A stretch of DNA of 64,000 nucleotides from the human T2T-CHM13v2.0 reference genome, Homo sapiens. The stretch is taken from the NCBI RefSeq assembly GCF_009914755.1, contig NC_060927.1; one strand, given 5' to 3'. The notes beneath the pieces were generated by a model. That model ran no database searches. It worked only from the letters and a program-made list of their open reading frames with translations, and was not told the DNA's origin. The translations under genes and the position numbers were made by a program. Shown here piece by piece: positions 56,945 to 64,000 of the stretch. Position 1 is the stretch's first letter; every line of letters begins with the position of its first letter.

Positions 56945-57843
56945 AACGTATCCAGGATCTACAACAAACTCAAATGAATAAACAAAACAAACAAACAAAC
57001 AATCCCATCAAAAAGTGGGCTAAGGACATGAATAGACAATTATCAAGACATACAAATCGCCAACAAACATATCAAAAAACGCTCAACATCACTAATGATC
57101 AGGGAAATGCAGATCAAAGCCATAGTGCGATACCACCTTACTCTTGCAAGAATGTCCATAATAAAAAAAAAAATAGTAGACGTTGATGTGGATGCGGTGA
57201 ACAGGGAACACTTCTACACTGCTGATGGGAAGGTAAACTAGTACAACTACTATGGAAAACAGCATGCAGATTCCTTTAAGAATGAAAAGTAGAACTACTG
57301 TTTGATCTAGCAGTCCCACTACTGGGTATCTACCCAAAGGAAAATAAGTCATTATACACAAAAGATACTTGTACCTGCATGTTTATAGCAGCACAATTTA
57401 CAATTGCAAAAACGTGGAACCAACCCAAAAGCCCATTAATCAACAAGTGGATAAAGAAACTGTGGTATATATATATGATGGAATACTACTCCGCTATATA
57501 AAGAAATGAATTAATGGCATTCTCAGTGACCTGGATGAGATTGGAGACTATTATTCTAAGTGAAGTAACTCAGAAATGGAAAACCAAACATTGTGTATTC
57601 TCATTCATAAGTGAGAGCTAAGCTATGAGGATGCAAATGCACAAGAATGACACAATGGATTTTGGGGACTTGGGGGAAAGAGAGGGGAGGCGATGAGGGA
57701 TAAAAGACTACATGTAGTGTCAGTGTATACTGCTCAGGTGATGGGTGTGCCAAAATCTCACAAGTCACCACTGAAGAACTTACTTATGTAACCAAACACC
57801 ACCTGTTCCCCAATAACCTATGAAAATAAAAAAATAAAAAAAA
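56945..57843 (+). mobile_element. L1PB1-like 3' end
   Basis: aaaagtgggctaaggacatgaatagacaat...ccaaaatctcacaa.tcaccact.aagaacttact.atgtaaccaaacaccacctgttcccc-polyA. Confidence 0.9.
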
Positions 57844-58049
57844 TAGTGAATAAAATGGTGCTCAGAGTGTGTGGCAAACCTAAGGTCATAAAGCTTAGGA
57901 GGAGATCCAGGATTTAAAATCAAACATTTTAACTCCAATTTTTGTACTTTGCTCTGCTCTTTTTTAAGGTCCAAATGATAATTCAAAAGCCTGAATGTTC
58001 TAGTGGGTACTTTTACCCCAACATTTTAATAAAAGCATATATTATTTTT

Positions 58050-58630
58050 CTGCTCCTAAAATCAGTGCATTATCCTCTCTTACTTCCTTCATTAAATAAT
58101 GTGACCAGTATGTTCAGTTGAAACCATAAATTATCTAATTTTTCCTTCTACACTGTCAGCTATCAAGTCCTATAAATTCTTACTAATATCTTTATTACTT
58201 TATCATATACAGCTTCTATGTGCTCCACGCTGCAAAGGACCTGAATGTTCTGTACTTCCTCACTTTTGTTCCTTCCCTTCCTGCTCTCTAGAATGAGTGC
58301 TTTCCTTTCTTTCTTACTTGCCAAAACCCCTTAAAATCTATCATACGCACCCCTTCATTCAGGAAGCTTCTTATTGCTCCTCCAATTTTATTTTTTCTCT
58401 CTCTGTCTCTGCCAATCTCTCTCTTTTTCTTTCTTCATATCTAGATTGTTCTTGATTTGTATTCATCATAAGCCACTTGCCTATTTGCTTTGTAGTTTGT
58501 GAACCTATCGTATTATTTATCACCATTACCAGATTGTAAGGTTTGTGCTGGCAGGTACTTTATGTCACTTATCTTTTTTATTACAGCATGGCAAAATTAT
58601 GGAGTAGGTAATAAATAAATGTGTAATGAC
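58050..58630 (+). mobile_element. Degenerate L2 fragment
   Basis: ttcaggaagcttc, accagattgtaag...ggcagg, agtaggtaataaataaatgt. Confidence 0.5.
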
Positions 58631-58747
58631 TTAGACACAAATGTGAGGGAAACCTGTAGGCTTAATGTAGCCATACGATAGGACATTACAGCAATGTTCT
58701 ACTGATTTAGATTTTAGATTTGACATGAGCTACAAGAAGTATAGTAA

Positions 58748-59032
<285 letters not shown>

Positions 59033-59049
59033 TCCTTTAACTTTTTTAA

Positions 59050-59370
<321 letters not shown>

Positions 59371-60429
59371 TAAAGTTTTAATATTGCTGCCTCTATATTT
59401 GATGTAAGGGCACAGAATATTGGATAATTTCAATGGATTCCTAGAAAAATAGTTTTTGCAAATGTAAAGCCCTTTCAACTTTCAGGACCAAGTAAAAAGC
59501 CTGGGGTTTAAATGTGTCATGAATCTTAAATTATCTTTTCAAAGCAGCTGTTCATCTACTTTGGAAAAGTCAAAGCTATGCCTTTCTCACTAATACAGGT
59601 GATGTATGCAAATAATGGAAACACATCCCCAAATGAGAAGAAATAGGAAGCCCTGCACTCAACTTTGAGCTGGGCAATGGTAACAAATTAATACTGAGCG
59701 TGTGTTAATTTATATCCCTGAGTTCTGGGCAAGAGAAAATGTCAAGATAATACTTAAGTATATGACTAAGAAACACAGTGGAAATTCATGCTTTTAGATG
59801 CAAATCATATACAAGTGCTAAAATTGAATGTTCCTCCATTTATTATCATGAAAGTTAATGATTTTCTCTGATCTCTTCCTAAGATTGCAGAGACCAAATC
59901 CTGACCAGCCTGTTTTTTGACAGTTTAAATAACAGAAAGTTGGTCAAAAACACTAAAGAGAGGTTTTGACTCTTGAATTCCCTAATACAAATTTATTTCT
60001 CCTCTTTATTTCTTACAAATTATTTCCTGCATTTATCACGTTGCTTCTTATCAATTTTGCCTGAAGAACTCTACAAAAATGCTTGATTTTTGTGTCCCAA
60101 AATAAGACATTATGAATCTGGTTTACTCAGAAACATGAGATTGGGTACTAATGATTGGACTTATCATAAGTACACTTGTCTTCTTGGTGAATAAAAAGTG
60201 TCTATAGGTTATGATTGGTAAAAGGACAGTCTTTGGAGTCCGACTGTCTCCACTCAAGTATCAGCTCTGACACTCACAGTTGCAGTTTCCCAGTTACACT
60301 TTCTGGAAGCAGAGTAAATTTCCCATGTGAGTTGCACAACTTTGGGAAATTTACTCTGCCCCTCTAGGTAAAATACTTCATTTAAAAATATGACTACAAT
60401 AATGATATTCAATTCAATGTGTGTTGTGA

Positions 60430-60757
<328 letters not shown>

Positions 60758-60831
60758 TCCAGTTTTGTCATGTCACATAGTAAGCATTAAAATATAAAAC
60801 TATCAATACTATTAATAAACAGACAATTCCC

Positions 60832-61230
<399 letters not shown>

Positions 61231-61855
61231 TAAAGATTGGCTGTAAGATTTTTTGCTGTAATCAGTCCTGTATATGGATGCTGAAAATTTGCCACACCCA
61301 AAAGAGTTAGCATTATTCTATGAGTTTCAACAAAGAATTCCATGAAAAAGATTCCCTAATCCCTGTTACAGCTTCTGTCCCCTTAATATTCCAGCAGTGG
61401 CAGTCAGTTAAAGGTTTCATATATAACAGTTTGTTTTAAAAATGTTCTTACAGTGTTTTCTGCTTAGCTCTACAATTGAACTTTTTGCACTATAATTATT
61501 TTGTAATATTGCTTTAAATACAACTAGAAAGAAGAGAGAAAGGAAAGAATGCTATGAGAATGGCAAGAACACATAGCTCAGAAATAGCTTCAGAAATAGC
61601 TCACAGTTTCCCAGAATCTTTTGCAGGTGTTTGGAACTCTCCTTCACTCAAAATACAATATTTATCCTCTTAAATTAAAACACAGATGTTTGGGGATTCT
61701 TGGATTTCTACTACAACTTTCAGATATTCCAAAAATAATTATAGGCATTATTAGTAACTTTTAAAAACTATTGTGTGTTCAATTATTGTTAGATATTGAC
61801 AACTCTTGACTAATGAAACACTAAGAATATCGATGTCTGTCTCTAAAAGACTTCT

Positions 61856-62239
61856 AATTTTTATTTTTTAAAAAATTTTTGTGGGTACTTAGTAGGTGTA
61901 TACATTTATGGGTTACGTGAGGTGTTTTAATACAGGCATGGAATGTGAAATAAGCACATCATGGAGAATGGTATCCATCCCCTCAAGCATTTATCCTTTG
62001 AGTTACTAACAATCCAATTACACTCTTAGTTTTTTCTAAAATGTATAATTAGGTTATTATTGACTATAGTCACCCTACTGTGCTATTGAATAGTAGGTCT
62101 TATTCATTCTTTTTTTTTTTTTTTTTTTGTAGCCATTAACGATCCCTACCTCCTCCACATCCCCTTATTACCCTTCCCAGCCTCTGGTAACTATTCTTCT
62201 ACTGTCTATGTCCATGAGTTCAATTGTTTTGATTTTTAG
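61856..62239 (-). mobile_element. L1MA1/2 3'UTR
   Basis: atccatcccctcaagcatttatcctttgagtta...ttgactatagtcaccct. Confidence 0.88.
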
Positions 62240-62478
62240 TTATTTGATGAGATAAATAGTAAATAATCATTTCAAATACGCTGAATTAAGTGATTTAAAA
62301 CCAAATTGACAGTAGCCAAGAAATCCATATAAAAATGAAAATAGTTGTACACAGCAAATTTTCAGAAGAAGCCTATCATTATAGTAGTCTGTTGAAAGAG
62401 GAGAGATACATAATCAAGCTATGGTTTAGATGAAATTAGCTAACTTTATTTTATGGCATGACTCCTAAAATCTCTGGA

Positions 62479-64000
62479 TTTATTTTCTTTTCTTTTTTTA
62501 TTATATTTTAATATCTAGGGTACATGTGCACAATGTGCAAGTTTGATACATAGGAATATCTATACCATGTTGGTTTGCTGCACCCATCAACTCATCATTT
62601 ACATTAGGTATTTCTCCTAATGCTATCCCTCCCCCAGCCCCCCAGCCCCCGACAGGCCCCAGTGTGTGATGTTCCCCACCTTGTGTCCAAGTGATCTCAA
62701 TTCCCACCTATGAGTGAGAACATGCAGTGTTTGGTTTTCTGTCCTTATGATAGTTTGCTCAGAATGATGGTTTCCAGCTTCATCCATGTCCTTGCAAAGG
62801 ACATGAACTCATCCTTTTTTATGGCTGCATAGTATTCCATGGTGTATATGTGCCACATTTCCTTAATCCAGTCTATCACTGATGGACATGTGGGTTGGTC
62901 CCAAGTCTTTGCTATTGTGAATAGTGCCGCAATAAACATATGTGTGCATGTGTCTTTATAGTAGCATGATTTGCAATCCTTTGGGTATATACCCAGTAAT
63001 GGGATCACTGGGTCAAATGGTAATTATAGTTCTAGATCCTTACGGAATCACCACACCATCTTCCACAAGGGTTAAACTAATTTACACTCCCTCCAACAGT
63101 GTAAAAGCATTCCTATTTCTCCACATCCTCTCCAGCATCTGTTGTTTCCTGACTTTTTAATGATTGTCATTCTAACTAGCATGAGATGCTATCTCATTGT
63201 GGTTTAGATTTGCGTTTCTCTGATGACCAGTGATGATGAGCATTTTTTCATGTGTCTATTGGCTGCATAGATGTCTTCTTTTGAGAAGCGTCTGTTCATA
63301 TCCTTTGCCCACTTTTTGATGGGGTTGTTTTTTTCTTGTAAATTTTGTTTGAGTTCTTTGTAGATTCTCGATATTAGCCCTTTGTCAGATGGGTAAATTG
63401 TAAAAATTTTCTCCCATTCTGTAGGTTGCCTGTTCACTCTGATGGTAGTTTCTTTTGCCCTGCAGAAGCTCTTTAGTTTAATTAGATCCCATTTGTCTAT
63501 TTTGGCTTTTGTTGCCATTGCTTTTGGTGTTTTAGTCATGAAGTCCTTACCCATGCCTATTTCCTGAATGGTATTGCCTAGGTTTTCTTCTAGGGTTTTT
63601 ATGGTTTTAGGCCTAACATGTAAGTCTTTAATGCATCTTGCATTAATTTTTGTATAAGGTGTAAGGAAGGGATCCAGTTTCAGCTTTCTACATATGGCTA
63701 GCCAGTTTTCCCAGCACCATTTATTAAATAGGGAATCCTTTCCCCATTGCTTGTATTTGTCAGGTTTGTCAAAGATCAGATGTTTGTAGATGTGTGGCAT
63801 TATTTCTGAGGCCTCTGTTCTGTTCCATTTTTCTATATCTCTGTTTTGGTACCAGTACCATGCTGTTTTGGTTACTTTTTTGCTCAGGATTTTCTTGGCA
63901 ATGCGGGCTCTTTTTTGGTTCCATATGAACTTTAAAGTAGATTTTTCCAATTCTGTGAAGAAAGTCATTGGTAGCTTGATGGGGATCGTATTGAATCTAT
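62479..64000 (-). mobile_element. L1PA (about PA5-7) 3'UTR and ORF2 C-terminus, running off the window
   Basis: ORF 63204-63968 is ORF2-like; 3'UTR cccccagccccccagcccccgacaggccccagtgtg. Confidence 0.95.

Noticed and set aside
61563-61604. Three copies of an 11-12-nt unit (tagctcagaaa)
   Set aside because: Ordinary slippage micro-duplication.
63204-63968. 254-aa ORF as a gene
   Set aside because: L1 ORF2 remnant with a deletion and downstream disruptions.

Overview
This is a primate, most likely human, AT-rich intronic or intergenic window. It is dominated by L1 fragments of many ages, with Alus, MaLR/ERVL LTRs, MIR/L2 and DNA-transposon fossils. I find no intact protein-coding gene, RNA gene, CpG island or CRISPR array. 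The long ORFs in the track are L1 ORF2 remnants, and most short ones fall in Alus or other repeats. I see no evidence of a new biological system. The real signal is a dense set of atypical insertion events read directly from the sequence. These are: a 5'-truncated ZFAND2A (AIRAP) retrocopy nested in an L1 5' region next to a 144-bp duplication; an L1-retroposed HERV-W (syncytin-like env tail + U3-R + polyA) with TSD; an L1PA with a 143-bp 3' transduction; a THE1 solo LTR flanked by a ~225-bp direct duplication; two locally templated insertions; and several twin-primed (5'-inverted) L1s, including a minimal one carrying only the RT FADD segment. Subfamily names are from recalled consensus sequences. 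Boundaries of old repeats are approximate, and percent identities are hand counts.
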